Positions 9,001 through 17,447 of a stretch of 20,000 nucleotides of DNA are shown here, piece after piece (position 1 is the first letter of the stretch; each line of letters starts with the position of its first letter). Source of the DNA: an uncultured virus (IMG/VR IMGVR_UViG_3300030061_003823) (taxonomy: Duplodnaviria; Heunggongvirae; Uroviricota; Caudoviricetes). Location: the IMG/VR virus record IMGVR_UViG_3300030061_003823; one strand, written 5' to 3'. A program made the translations under genes and the position numbers. Below the pieces are notes generated by a model, which was not told where the DNA came from, did not search any database, and was given only the letters and a program-made list of their open reading frames with translations.

Positions 9001-12000
9001 ATCTCTAGTTTGTTGAGCCGTTACATATGGATTTGGACAAGTACTTGTTGCACTATTGTTTGGATTTAGTGCTCCTGCGTCATCACAACCAACAATAATT
9101 TCATTAATACATCCAGACATGTCTGTTATCACCCCACCAGGGTTAGGTGGGTTGCCAGGTGCTGAACCTAATTGCCAATAACCTGGGGGATGAGGAGTAC
9201 CATTAACGTCTACTGTTGGTGTGTCTCCTACTACATAAGGAAGTGTTACCCAAGATGGTGTTACCCCATTACCTTCTGTAACAGTTCCAAATTGGTCATA
9301 TTTTTGTACTACTTGTGTCCAGTATTCACAGAATTGAGGACTTGTACACCCATGTGTTTCTATACCACAGTCTGGGTCAGTGTCACATTCACCTTTTGTA
9401 TTAAATGATAGGTAACCAGGACCATTTGGATCATAAACATAACTTATTGCCGCTAGATAATTTGTTTCCTGAATACATGGGTCAGATAACTGACCATCAT
9501 CTTCACAGAAAGAACATCCATTTACTGGATGTGTTTCACAATCCCCACAACCTGAGTTATTACAAGCTGTTAGAATATCAAAAGCCAGATTTGCATCTCC
9601 TTGGAATATGTAGGTTCCCGCGTAATCAATACCCGCAGCAGCACCATTAACAAGTGGATCAATACCCAAGGCTGTGTTCGCATCGGCCTCTAAATCCCAG
9701 AAAGTTGTATTACCTAGCAGAGTAGCATACTGACCTGAGGTTATATCTACACACCCACCCCATTCACCATCATGAGGAGAACCACTTGGTGGTGTGTTAG
9801 GATCAACTCCCATATTATCTCCAAAATTAAGACACGCATAGGTAATAGTATTTTGAACTACAGGTATACAACATGTAGTGTCAAATGGGTCCGCAGTTGG
9901 AGGTCCTTGCCAAGTAGGGTCCCAAGTAAATCCATCCCAAGCTCCCGTCCATAGAGGAGGGGATACTGGACATCCATCAGCATTTGGATCATGATTTTGA
10001 TAAGTTTGTAAGTCTCCAGCTTTACATCCATAACTAAGATACACACATGAACCATTATTCGATGTCGCCCATGGGTCATAGTTACTAGCCCCATCTGCTG
10101 CAACATTAGTACTTCCCGCATCAATACATCCCTCTACTCTACAACATTCGTTATCAGTAGTATTAACATAAGAAGCGTTAGGTTGATTTAAGGTATCTGT
10201 TAAAGGTAATACAATACCTCCTGCTGGTGCTGGTGTTAATTGTTCTACCGCTGGAGGACTATTATCGTTACATGGATATTGCGCCGTCGGACTATAGTTG
10301 TTATAAGGTATCGTTTGTCCTGAATCGGCATATTGTTCTTGACAACCCCATGTATATAAACACGCTGTAGGATCAGATATCCCAGCTGATGCGTTATATG
10401 TTAATGAATTCTCATCTTGACATCCACTTATATAAGTACAACATATTATATTATCTTGTGTTGGGTCTGATGGTGTGACAATCACCCCCGCTCCTGTAGG
10501 CCAACCAATATTACCCCAGTAAACTCCAGCAATATTACCTGTTGTATTACATGGTATTTGTGCACTAGTATTTTGATTATTAGCATTTGGGTCTGTACAC
10601 CCTACTGTATATTGACAACATCCAGTATTTCCTGGGTCTATAGTTGCACTTGGGTCTGCTGGATCTATATCTGGACATCCCCCACAAGGAACCTGAGTTC
10701 CATTAGCATCATAACATCCAGGAGTATTATAATTAGTCGCTGTTGCATCCGCACATCCCATGTATTCACATGAACCATCATCTGAAGTAGCCGCTGAATC
10801 GTAATTCCAAGCTAAAGAATGTGTACATCCTTCCCAAAAACAAGAACCATCATCTGAACATGCATTAGGATCGTAGTTTGTCGCTGTTGTGTCCATACAT
10901 CCTTCAACATAACAACAACAACAATCAGCTCCAGTTTGTAATGTACCTACAGCGTCATTTAGACAAGGCCCTAGAGGTGGAGGACCAAGAGGATAATCCA
11001 CCACATTTGTACAATCTTGAGTAGCGGCAGCATTATGATTAAATGCTGTATTATCTGTACACCCTGCTATTGGGTACTCACAACAATCTGTATTTCCTAT
11101 AACTGGAGCCGATGGTCCGGGACCACCCGATGGAACACACCCAATACCTCCTGAAACATTATACATATACGCCGCTGGAATATATTGTGTTCCTCCATTA
11201 AATGGTATTTCCATATAATTGGAAGCTCCTGGATCAGGACAAGATTCATATATACAACTACCATCATCGGTATTACAACCGTTTTGGCATTCGTTAGTTG
11301 CAAGTGCATCAGTACAACCATTAATGGCAAAAGTACAACATCCTACATCTCCTGGACCTACTATAGTTGTAGGATTGGAGGTGGCAGTACCGTAAGATGG
11401 CCAGGTATTATATGGATTTCCAACATTAGCAGCATACTCGTTACCACTTATAACAAGATTCCCTAGACAATCTGCTACCGCACCTGGGACATAGGTTCCA
11501 TTAATAGCGGAATCACTCATACACCCTTGGTTATATCCTCCACAACAACTATTATTCCCTACTTCCCCTGTTGGTGGAACATTTCCACCACAATCTAAAA
11601 TATTGGTCGCACTATACATCGACCCTAAAGGATCCATACATCCAGTTATACTTGTGAGGTCACAACAACAGTTTGTTCCGCTTTGTCCATTGACACAAGG
11701 AGGTCCATTAGTATCATCACAAGGATTAGTTGCTAATGGGTCAAAACTACTTGAGGCTGTAATGGTACATCCGTATAACACACCACAACAAGAAGTATCT
11801 CCATAAGTCCCAACAAAGCCTGGGTCACCTGACTGCATTGGTGGTAGACCTGTAGTAGTTGGGTGGTTACAATCAAATTCATAACCTGAGTCGTAGTTTG
11901 CTGTACCTGGTTCCATACAACCATTCATATCAGTATTTGGTAAGTCGTAAGTACAACAAGAGAACGAACCACCCGCGGTAAAAGACATATTAGCAATATC

Positions 12001-12942
12001 AAAATCCCATGGAGATGAAAAAGCAGTACAATCAAGTTGGACATTACCCGCACAATCCTTAACAGTCTGTCCTGGTCCAACAGCATTTGGTGTTGACCAT
12101 AATTCGTTAGTACTAATATAAAAACCACCACTATCTTGTCTATTATCTAAACATCCAGGTGTTACATAAGTACAACAACTAGTATTTGAAGGGTCAGGTG
12201 GATTACCAAATTGTATACATCCTGTGTAATTCGCTGAGTAGTTAGTAGCACAAAAATCAAGACATCCATCTTGTGTCCCACCTCCTCCACAATTAGCCGT
12301 AGCACAATCCACAAAGTCAGCTTGCCCATCATATCGGTCTTCACAAAGATTAGCAGCGGTACAGTATTTTCCATTGAACATTAGTGCGTCATTACCAACT
12401 CCTGTTGTACCCCAATCACAACCAGCAGTCTCACATGGATTAGACCAAGTTCCATTATTATCAGATACCCAAAACTTACAAGTGTCTGTATCAAAGACGA
12501 TACAAGCATCTTTAGAAGTATCACATAAACCTGGACTCAGCCATGGTGGTAGTCCACTATCGTTGTACCAATTTGGATTTGATGGTAGGTCAACTTCTCC
12601 TATGTAGTCACAAGTATTAGGAACAGCTGCCCCATTTATCATACTAAATTGTTGAGCCATAGTTCCTGAACATGGATCGAAAGCAGGAGTAGTAACATCT
12701 ATACTACAACCAGTATTTGGAGTCCAGTTAGACGAATATATACTACCACCCATAGAACCTGATGAAAAATTCTGATATGGTGTTACATCTACCTGTTGTG
12801 GGCCGTCTGGAGTACTAACTGGTGATGTTGTGTTATTTGGGGTATAGTTTTGTTTTACGTCTTTCGACATCATTTCTCCATCGGGCGCATTCCCTATCTC
12901 TTTATTTTGTTCAAAAAGATTATTTTTCCTCGATTTCTTCAT
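6055..12942 (-). CDS. giant (2295 aa) Cys/Gly/Pro-rich repeat protein with a Hint (intein-like) domain
   Basis: About 20 degenerate GC[TM]DxxAxNY[DN]xxAxxDDGSCxY repeats, a Hint domain at aa1852-1994, and C-terminal ELKEQVTRMKKLMGL. No signal peptide visible. Confidence 0.9.
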   Translation of the reverse strand: MKKSRKNNLFEQNKEIGNAPDGEMMSKDVKQNYTPNNTTSPVSTPDGPQQVDVTPYQNFSSGSMGGSIYSSNWTPNTGCSIDVTTPAFDPCSGTMAQQFSMINGAAVPNTCDYIGEVDLPSNPNWYNDSGLPPWLSPGLCDTSKDACIVFDTDTCKFWVSDNNGTWSNPCETAGCDWGTTGVGNDALMFNGKYCTAANLCEDRYDGQADFVDCATANCGGGGTQDGCLDFCATNYSANYTGCIQFGNPPDPSNTSCCTYVTPGCLDNRQDSGGFYISTNELWSTPNAVGPGQTVKDCAGNVQLDCTAFSSPWDFDIANMSFTAGGSFSCCTYDLPNTDMNGCMEPGTANYDSGYEFDCNHPTTTGLPPMQSGDPGFVGTYGDTSCCGVLYGCTITASSSFDPLATNPCDDTNGPPCVNGQSGTNCCCDLTSITGCMDPLGSMYSATNILDCGGNVPPTGEVGNNSCCGGYNQGCMSDSAINGTYVPGAVADCLGNLVISGNEYAANVGNPYNTWPSYGTATSNPTTIVGPGDVGCCTFAINGCTDALATNECQNGCNTDDGSCIYESCPDPGASNYMEIPFNGGTQYIPAAYMYNVSGGIGCVPSGGPGPSAPVIGNTDCCEYPIAGCTDNTAFNHNAAATQDCTNVVDYPLGPPPLGPCLNDAVGTLQTGADCCCCYVEGCMDTTATNYDPNACSDDGSCFWEGCTHSLAWNYDSAATSDDGSCEYMGCADATATNYNTPGCYDANGTQVPCGGCPDIDPADPSATIDPGNTGCCQYTVGCTDPNANNQNTSAQIPCNTTGNIAGVYWGNIGWPTGAGVIVTPSDPTQDNIICCTYISGCQDENSLTYNASAGISDPTACLYTWGCQEQYADSGQTIPYNNYSPTAQYPCNDNSPPAVEQLTPAPAGGIVLPLTDTLNQPNASYVNTTDNECCRVEGCIDAGSTNVAADGASNYDPWATSNNGSCVYLSYGCKAGDLQTYQNHDPNADGCPVSPPLWTGAWDGFTWDPTWQGPPTADPFDTTCCIPVVQNTITYACLNFGDNMGVDPNTPPSGSPHDGEWGGCVDITSGQYATLLGNTTFWDLEADANTALGIDPLVNGAAAGIDYAGTYIFQGDANLAFDILTACNNSGCGDCETHPVNGCSFCEDDGQLSDPCIQETNYLAAISYVYDPNGPGYLSFNTKGECDTDPDCGIETHGCTSPQFCEYWTQVVQKYDQFGTVTEGNGVTPSWVTLPYVVGDTPTVDVNGTPHPPGYWQLGSAPGNPPNPGGVITDMSGCINEIIVGCDDAGALNPNNSATSTCPNPYVTAQQTRDKWSGLIDIPLDQIDWYGNDATLGGIMNDPLWDCEYNCQSAYFSGQWIPGQPEQVIAGGGSCWYCTHDGPVQSTDPCTEVDDLGIYNTVISNNPLTLWYDDTADCCPASFCCVMPTTGCMDDGSNNFGGEFDAERAAKGWPVAGTTPLVPACDYDPSAIGVADWTLCDYECKGCMDPTAFNPGNQCDPNSVSTVPGVACADDGPSPYPLLVEENCCCCYVEGCMDPAALNYDPNACFEDNGSCIYNAGYDCEIPTGATLGMCVPHTGVGTMGQFPGASGFNDCVASGCGQGRWRCNPVYKGGILDGETLDDAVAAGKMVPQDIDRNPPTGEVGIDAERLAEQKAIPGGPDLEWQDMEQLDKDPGQRPDPDLSTLGSVSCCVEDPVGPWESEQECYDNTECIDCSHGPFWRCVDDPNQPRDVAGNYSGRMCQLELPLTPGWQWCVTYPSDPDCHESPLECEGCPYITETWQCCPDENPGGGPGGKTTDDGQVMGEQNTGLSIDGGCHSCQQDGYDGYRTEVECYTQEDDCYKVSTNDWTCFVGKTLIKMGDGTEKRIDEVEVGEEVLNDQGTKSIITHIQKHENSEIYGFNGEEAFVTKDHPLLVKTDGENEWKSIDPEWIAPFSHGVDTLRLEVGDVLLKGENKEEMEITSIEKGGMADLTYNLVLDTVNTYYANDYVAHNAFFRYDTINEDVVGAGNEIPTIGPHWPIDLPCPCPDGTWSRECCKFGGPPSPPSGGGSYKCCHDNAWPSGGGIPVGGWAYGNPHSSSNPIHNSPGPLCPSGTGGYLHCCIPASQDCPIGSTEITNCNIHQTNSACSACCESSWPGPEVVTPQGNMPPGPTAPPQPPGSGGGDDKGDTRKAQPKPEHSQKMSQWTKAVADNSGQRVKFDGYGVDTNPLFLSPSDKKYTYDIASGDIFRIEGDSRVKIGNFIDKEKETVDVKPTEKPTEKPTERPQETPVTPETPETKELKEQVTRMKKLMGL
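6107..6183 (-). repeat. short coding tandem repeats (KPTE x3; PET/PVT) forming a linker before the C-terminal motif
   Basis: Plus strand tctgtaggttt-type 12-mers x3 and ctggagtct-type 9-mers; protein VKPTEKPTEKPTERPQETPVTPETPETKE. Confidence 0.8.
6961..7389 (-). other. Hint/BIL autoprocessing domain (143 aa, no homing endonuclease)
   Basis: Block A CFVGKTLIKMGDGTEKRIDEVEVGEEV; block B FVTKDHPLL (TxxH); LEVGDVL; blocks F/G TYNLVLDTVNTYYANDYVAHN. The +1 residue is Ala. Confidence 0.92.
8270..12270 (-). repeat. array of degenerate Cys-rich GCxD...NY...DDGSC protein repeats
   Basis: Examples: EGCMDTTATNYDPNACSDDGSCFW, EGCTHSLAWNYDSAATSDDGSCEY, EGCMDPAALNYDPNACFEDNGSCIY, NGCTDALATNE..TDDGSCIY. 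Confidence 0.85.
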
Positions 12943-12963
12943 ATTCTATTACTGAGTTTACTT

Positions 12964-12971
12964 TATAAATA
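12964..12971 (-). promoter_or_regulatory. putative late-promoter element TATTTATA
   Basis: Immediately follows the TGA of the 66-aa gene and lies 21 nt upstream of the giant gene ATG (12942). Confidence 0.6.
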
Positions 12972-13172
12972 TCATAACCACTCCTTTAGTTCGTCTGGAC
13001 TAGGCCATTTTAATTTTATTTCACATTCATTACAGACCCACCTAACTTCACCAGATTTAATAACCCTAAGACTCTGTTTTAAGTGATTACACTCCTTCTG
13101 TATAATTTTAAGTTCAACTTCAAGATTGTGTATAGTATTCTTGATTTTTTGAACTTTACTATTCTTCCCCAT
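12972..13172 (-). CDS. small protein: coiled coil plus putative Zn ribbon (CxH...CxxC)
   Basis: KIKNTIHNLEVELKIIQKE-CNH-(17 aa)-CNEC; fills the gap between co-oriented genes. Confidence 0.7.
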   Translation of the reverse strand: MGKNSKVQKIKNTIHNLEVELKIIQKECNHLKQSLRVIKSGEVRWVCNECEIKLKWPSPDELKEWL

Positions 13173-13186
13173 AGATTGAGTATTTT

Positions 13187-14737
13187 CTACTCGTTCGCTC
13201 TCTTTAATGTACCGGCTCTGTAGGCTTCATAATTTGGACCTAATGTATAATAAAACTGACGACCCTTTCTATGTTTTTCTACTATTCCTGCTGCTTGAAT
13301 TGCAGAAAAGAAAGATGAAAAATATCCTGGTGTTGCTGGTTTATTAATAAATTCCAGAAAATCTTTTCTGTTTGCCCTAACTCCATTTTCTTCTGACATC
13401 TTTATATAATCAATAAAAGTATTTGCTAATTTTGCTGTTTTTGGGTTTTCAAATTTATAACTATTAACCCAGCTAGTGCTTTCCCAAGTTGTGGTCTCAG
13501 GAAGTCCTACAGTTTCTTCAATCCACTTAACTACTTTTTCACTACTTAAATACCCCTTAATATAATCCGAATATCCTCTAATCAACATCCATCCAGCATC
13601 AGTTGTGTTACCTCTAGATCCAAATTCCTTTGGATAATCAGCTGGAATATTGAATCTATCCACGATTTGATCATCATACATACCAAAAACTGTTTGTGTG
13701 TCTGCTCTCTCAACTAATTCACTTTCATTTTCACCATTCTTAGTATAATATTCCAAATCTAATGGCACTCCCTCTGTACCATGAATCCAAGGGGTTGCAA
13801 AAAACACTACGTTTTTAGTTTCTGTTCTGTCCTGGGGATGAAATGCCATAGTCCCTTCCGTATCTCTAAAATAATTATCATCCCAAATCCACACCCCTGT
13901 ATTTGTTACAATATTACCAAGAATATTACTTAACTCCTTAGAATTTATATTGTAATGTACAAAGTCCATGAAAAACTTGTCTAAGTTATTTGGGTTTAGT
14001 CTAGGTTCTGTAGGTGGTTGGTATTGGTCATGATATTGTTGGATTTGTGTCATATATCCTTCTGGTAACATACTTTCAATAAGTTCTACCATATTAGCAC
14101 TTATCTGATTATCTTCTGCGTCATACCACTGTTCTTCGCCATCCCAAGTATAGTATAAAGCAACTTTGTAGTATTTACCAAGTTCTTTTGATTTGTCTAT
14201 TATATAATATAGGTTACCCTTCTTAGTATAGTCTTCGTAGTGGCTCGCATCTTTCATAGCGGTACACCACTTTGTTCCCTGTCCGTATTTACAAGAAGAT
14301 TCTTTTGTTTCTGGATGGAGAATTAACCATCTATCGTCTTCAACTATTTTTTTTGTTCCTTTTGCTACTTCTTGTTTACTAGTCTTTTCTCTCATTCCCT
14401 CCAATGCTATAACAACAGCGTCTCTTAACTCTTCAGTATTTTTATAATAATTAATATCTGTACTTGGAACTCTTGCTTGAACTCCTGGTTTATGAAAGTC
14501 TTTAACTAAATCTATTAAAGCCCCTTCTGTATTGTCTCGGGTATCTTCTTCGCCATCAATCATTCTGTTAACCATCCACATTAGGTATTTGTTATTACCT
14601 GATGGATCGTTATCAACAAGATAATCAACCATCTCCGCATAATCATGTTCTTCATCTGGTAGAAAACTTTTAGCAATAAGTGCCTTAGCGTCTTCGACTC
14701 TTCCCTCGGTTAATATTTCATTGATTATACTTCTCAT
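13187..14737 (-). CDS. 516-aa protein: conserved phage 'DP..KY..W / DIN / SCxYG..WCTA' domain plus a C-terminal winged-helix-like domain
   Basis: DPSGNNKYLMWM, TDINYYK, WLILHPETKESSCKYGQGTKWCTA..HYEDYTKKGNLYYIIDK. C-terminal RKDFLEFI..GYFSSFFSAIQAAGIVEKHRKGRQFYYTLG resembles a wHTH recognition helix and wing. Confidence 0.7.
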   Translation of the reverse strand: MRSIINEILTEGRVEDAKALIAKSFLPDEEHDYAEMVDYLVDNDPSGNNKYLMWMVNRMIDGEEDTRDNTEGALIDLVKDFHKPGVQARVPSTDINYYKNTEELRDAVVIALEGMREKTSKQEVAKGTKKIVEDDRWLILHPETKESSCKYGQGTKWCTAMKDASHYEDYTKKGNLYYIIDKSKELGKYYKVALYYTWDGEEQWYDAEDNQISANMVELIESMLPEGYMTQIQQYHDQYQPPTEPRLNPNNLDKFFMDFVHYNINSKELSNILGNIVTNTGVWIWDDNYFRDTEGTMAFHPQDRTETKNVVFFATPWIHGTEGVPLDLEYYTKNGENESELVERADTQTVFGMYDDQIVDRFNIPADYPKEFGSRGNTTDAGWMLIRGYSDYIKGYLSSEKVVKWIEETVGLPETTTWESTSWVNSYKFENPKTAKLANTFIDYIKMSEENGVRANRKDFLEFINKPATPGYFSSFFSAIQAAGIVEKHRKGRQFYYTLGPNYEAYRAGTLKRANE

Positions 14738-16491
14738 CTGTAGTTCTTATTAGAAAAACGATCAGGTCCAATTCCATATATTTTTACAAAATCTTTTATT
14801 CCTTGGATGGCGCTTACTAGAATCTTTCTATGTTTATCCAGTATATCCCTTCTCTCATCTTCGAAATCCCAAAGTGGTGAAAGTATCTTTTCAATCTTAT
14901 CTGCTGTTTTATGTTCTTGGTTCATTTCCAAGTCTTCTATCATATTTTGACTCTCTTGTGTTAGAAGAAATATTAAATCATCATTATGTCCATCTCTTTC
15001 CCATTTCTTTTCATCATAGATAACATCACCATAAAATCTCTCTAGTACTTGTGTGAGATAATCTTCTCGATTATCAGTTTCCACTTCTGCGTAATCACTC
15101 ACCCACAATTTCCATTTTTTACCCTCCTGATTTTCACCCTCCTCATATTGTTCCATTAAATCATCTGGAACATCCATCATTATACCTTCCATTGCATCTT
15201 CATCAGTCATTGGTTCTGAGTTACGTCTTTGTTGTGCGTCTTCCAACCAGTCTCCTGTTAGGATAAATCTATAAGTTTTACGAGCAAACTCCTTAAATAT
15301 TTTATTCAGTACGTCCATACCTTGACCCGCATCTGTATCGTCTGCTAATAATATCGCTGAACGAGTAAGAGCATCCCTAACATCTTGACCATTTTCCCAT
15401 AACCAACTTACTTCTTCTCTATCTAACTCTTCAAAGAATTGATTATAGTCTGGTGGAAATGATTCATTTTCTGTTGCCCATCTTAGTATATCAGCGGCAT
15501 ATTCTCCTTTAAGATTTTCTGTTGCATCAGTTAAGAAAGGTGAAAGGTCTGTCATGATTGGATTATATCTTCCCCAACCTCTTAACATCTCTACAGCATC
15601 TGAAATTAATTCTCTATCTTCTCCCTTAAGGTATTTTAATATGTCTTTGTTCTCGAAGTATTTTGCAACCTTTGGGTCTGACATGAATGATTCTCTAATG
15701 GAGACTTTCTGGAATAGGTTTTCCATTATCTCTTCAATGGCCCCCATTACATTATATTGATCACCACCCCAGTTAGGTTTGTGGTCTTCAATAATCTTAT
15801 CCATCGCCTCTCTCATGTCTTTTTCTAAGAGACTCCACTTGTCTGTTGTTTCTTCTTCCCACCAATGTTCAGATAATTTTCCTTTAGTACCTGAAACTTC
15901 TTTTATCCCCTGTGCCTCCCATTCTCTACGTTCGCTCTCCGCTACCTCTCTACTGAATCCTGGTTTATTTTCCCATTCCCACCAATCATACAATCCATCC
16001 TCATTCACTTGAACTTCTGACAACACATCACTTTCATCATAACCTTGAGCGGTTACTGTCCAGTTATAATCCACATATTCATCTTCTGTAGCAAACATCT
16101 CTACCTCATATGATTTAAGAGGTCTTACTTCTAACTGACTAAAATTAGTAATTGTCCCATCTTTTATTAAATCATAGTTTTCGATGGCCGCCCAAAACAT
16201 AGCATGAATAAGTCCGTCTGAATCAACAACCTCATCTTTACCACCCATTCCATATAGTTTAGTAATATTCTTAATTAATTTAACTCTCTCCCAAAGTTCG
16301 TCAGGTTCTATTTGCTCCCTTAACTTATCGTAATTAAGATACTTTACTATACCTTGTACTATCTTAAAGAACCGACTATCATCCATTTGTTCTCTTCTAC
16401 TTCTGTCCTCTCCCGAATTGTACGGTATACTAGTATCATAGTATACGCCTCCTTGGATATCTTCTTTTATATTTTTAATCTGTCTTTTCAT
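14734..16491 (-). CDS. acidic multi-module hypothetical protein (probable start ATG 16491 via TAATG coupling)
   Basis: Long ORF whose ATG overlaps the upstream TAA; the N-terminal module resembles the 3444-4187 protein. Confidence 0.8.
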   Translation of the reverse strand: MKRQIKNIKEDIQGGVYYDTSIPYNSGEDRSRREQMDDSRFFKIVQGIVKYLNYDKLREQIEPDELWERVKLIKNITKLYGMGGKDEVVDSDGLIHAMFWAAIENYDLIKDGTITNFSQLEVRPLKSYEVEMFATEDEYVDYNWTVTAQGYDESDVLSEVQVNEDGLYDWWEWENKPGFSREVAESERREWEAQGIKEVSGTKGKLSEHWWEEETTDKWSLLEKDMREAMDKIIEDHKPNWGGDQYNVMGAIEEIMENLFQKVSIRESFMSDPKVAKYFENKDILKYLKGEDRELISDAVEMLRGWGRYNPIMTDLSPFLTDATENLKGEYAADILRWATENESFPPDYNQFFEELDREEVSWLWENGQDVRDALTRSAILLADDTDAGQGMDVLNKIFKEFARKTYRFILTGDWLEDAQQRRNSEPMTDEDAMEGIMMDVPDDLMEQYEEGENQEGKKWKLWVSDYAEVETDNREDYLTQVLERFYGDVIYDEKKWERDGHNDDLIFLLTQESQNMIEDLEMNQEHKTADKIEKILSPLWDFEDERRDILDKHRKILVSAIQGIKDFVKIYGIGPDRFSNKNYR

Positions 16492-17360
16492 TACCACGCT
16501 TTACACGACCAATATCTTGCCTTCCATTTTGGTCCTGGGTTATCACAATTATGTCTTGCCCTAAAAGCTTTCCTTCTTTCAGGATTACTTTTTTTAATTC
16601 TCATTGTTTTTTCTCCTTTCTTTTTTGCTGAGGTACCTCCATGACCAAAGTTAACTTTAACTACATTACCTTTATCATTCTTAACATACACTTTGAATTT
16701 TTTAACATCTCCTCTCGTTGGTTTATTCAGGGTTACTTTTCGTCCTTTATATTCCGCTTCTTGTATCATTGATTCTTTAACTTTTTTCTTAAAGTTTTTA
16801 ACTTTAATTCTTGTTGGTTTTTGTCCTTTTCCTGTTTGTGGGTCTTTCTTTTCCTTTTCTCTTTTTCTTCTACATGCAGAATCTTTTTCAGATTGGGACA
16901 TATTCGCCGCCACACTTTTACCCCTACAAACTGGATATCCTTTTTTATCGGCATCATCTCTACCACACTCTGGGTGACCTCCTCCACTTTTCTCTTTACA
17001 AATGTTAACCCACGGTCCTTGTGGTTGTTTCGACCCCTTTTTCTTTTTCTTATCCCCAAACCAAACACCTAAATCTTCATTAATGGTTAGATTAGGTGTA
17101 AACTCTTCATTCTTTTTTCCAGAACAATATTTACCTGAACATCTTTTTTTACCATCTAACCCTGGTTTTGTTCCCTTACATACTTGCACTGCATAACCAT
17201 TAGCATAAGCAGAGGGATATACATCATATTTGGCCTTTGCTGCTGACTTTCCTCGAGCACACAAAGTATTACTCTTTTTCTTTTTCTTCTTTTTTGCTTC
17301 GGTAACCCTGTGAACTATTCTTTGAAGTTGTGATTCTGTAATTAAAATTTTTCTACTCAT
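16491..17360 (-). CDS. Lys/Cys-rich basic multi-module protein, likely head-packaged nucleic-acid-binding protein
   Basis: Begins MSRKILITESQLQRIV. Modules AKAKYDVYPSAYANG; EDLGVWFG..GPWVNIC..CGR..YPVC; and KKFKVYVK..KVNFG..RRKAFRARHNC..KARYWSCKAW. I recognise these as motifs seen in large T4-like environmental phage proteins. Confidence 0.8.
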   Translation of the reverse strand: MSRKILITESQLQRIVHRVTEAKKKKKKKSNTLCARGKSAAKAKYDVYPSAYANGYAVQVCKGTKPGLDGKKRCSGKYCSGKKNEEFTPNLTINEDLGVWFGDKKKKKGSKQPQGPWVNICKEKSGGGHPECGRDDADKKGYPVCRGKSVAANMSQSEKDSACRRKREKEKKDPQTGKGQKPTRIKVKNFKKKVKESMIQEAEYKGRKVTLNKPTRGDVKKFKVYVKNDKGNVVKVNFGHGGTSAKKKGEKTMRIKKSNPERRKAFRARHNCDNPGPKWKARYWSCKAW

Positions 17361-17375
17361 AATTTATACTTTTAT

Positions 17376-17383
17376 TATAAATA
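17376..17383 (-). promoter_or_regulatory. putative late-promoter element TATTTATA
   Basis: Lies 15 nt upstream of ATG 17360, just downstream of an intrinsic terminator. Confidence 0.65.
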
Positions 17384-17396
17384 CTTCTTACTGAAC

Positions 17397-17425
17397 AAAA
17401 AAAGGAATGAGTTATCATTCCTTTT
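17397..17425 (-). terminator. rho-independent terminator
   Basis: Minus strand AAAAGGAATGA-TAAC-TCATTCC-TTTTTTT: a perfect stem followed by a U7 tract, about 22 nt after the stop at 17448. Confidence 0.85.
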
Positions 17426-17447
17426 AGTTTATATTATGTATGTAATT

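Noticed and set aside
8330..10925. Diversity-generating retroelement TR/VR pair or CRISPR repeats
   Set aside because: There are only two short copies, both within coding repeats. Flanking mismatches are not adenine-specific, no reverse transcriptase is in the window, and there is no regular spacer array.
6055..12942. Visibly higher GC in the giant gene as a sign of recent horizontal transfer
   Set aside because: This is explained by Gly/Pro/Cys/Ala-rich composition; third codon positions remain A/T-rich like the neighbours.
6390..17068. Alternative-frame minus-strand ORFs inside larger genes (6390-6734, 6735-6920, 9858-10124, 11097-11330, 11733-12374, 16766-17068)
   Set aside because: They are fully nested out of frame in well-supported CDSs, and their V/L/M-rich composition is what shifted reading of Gly/Cys/Asp codons produces.
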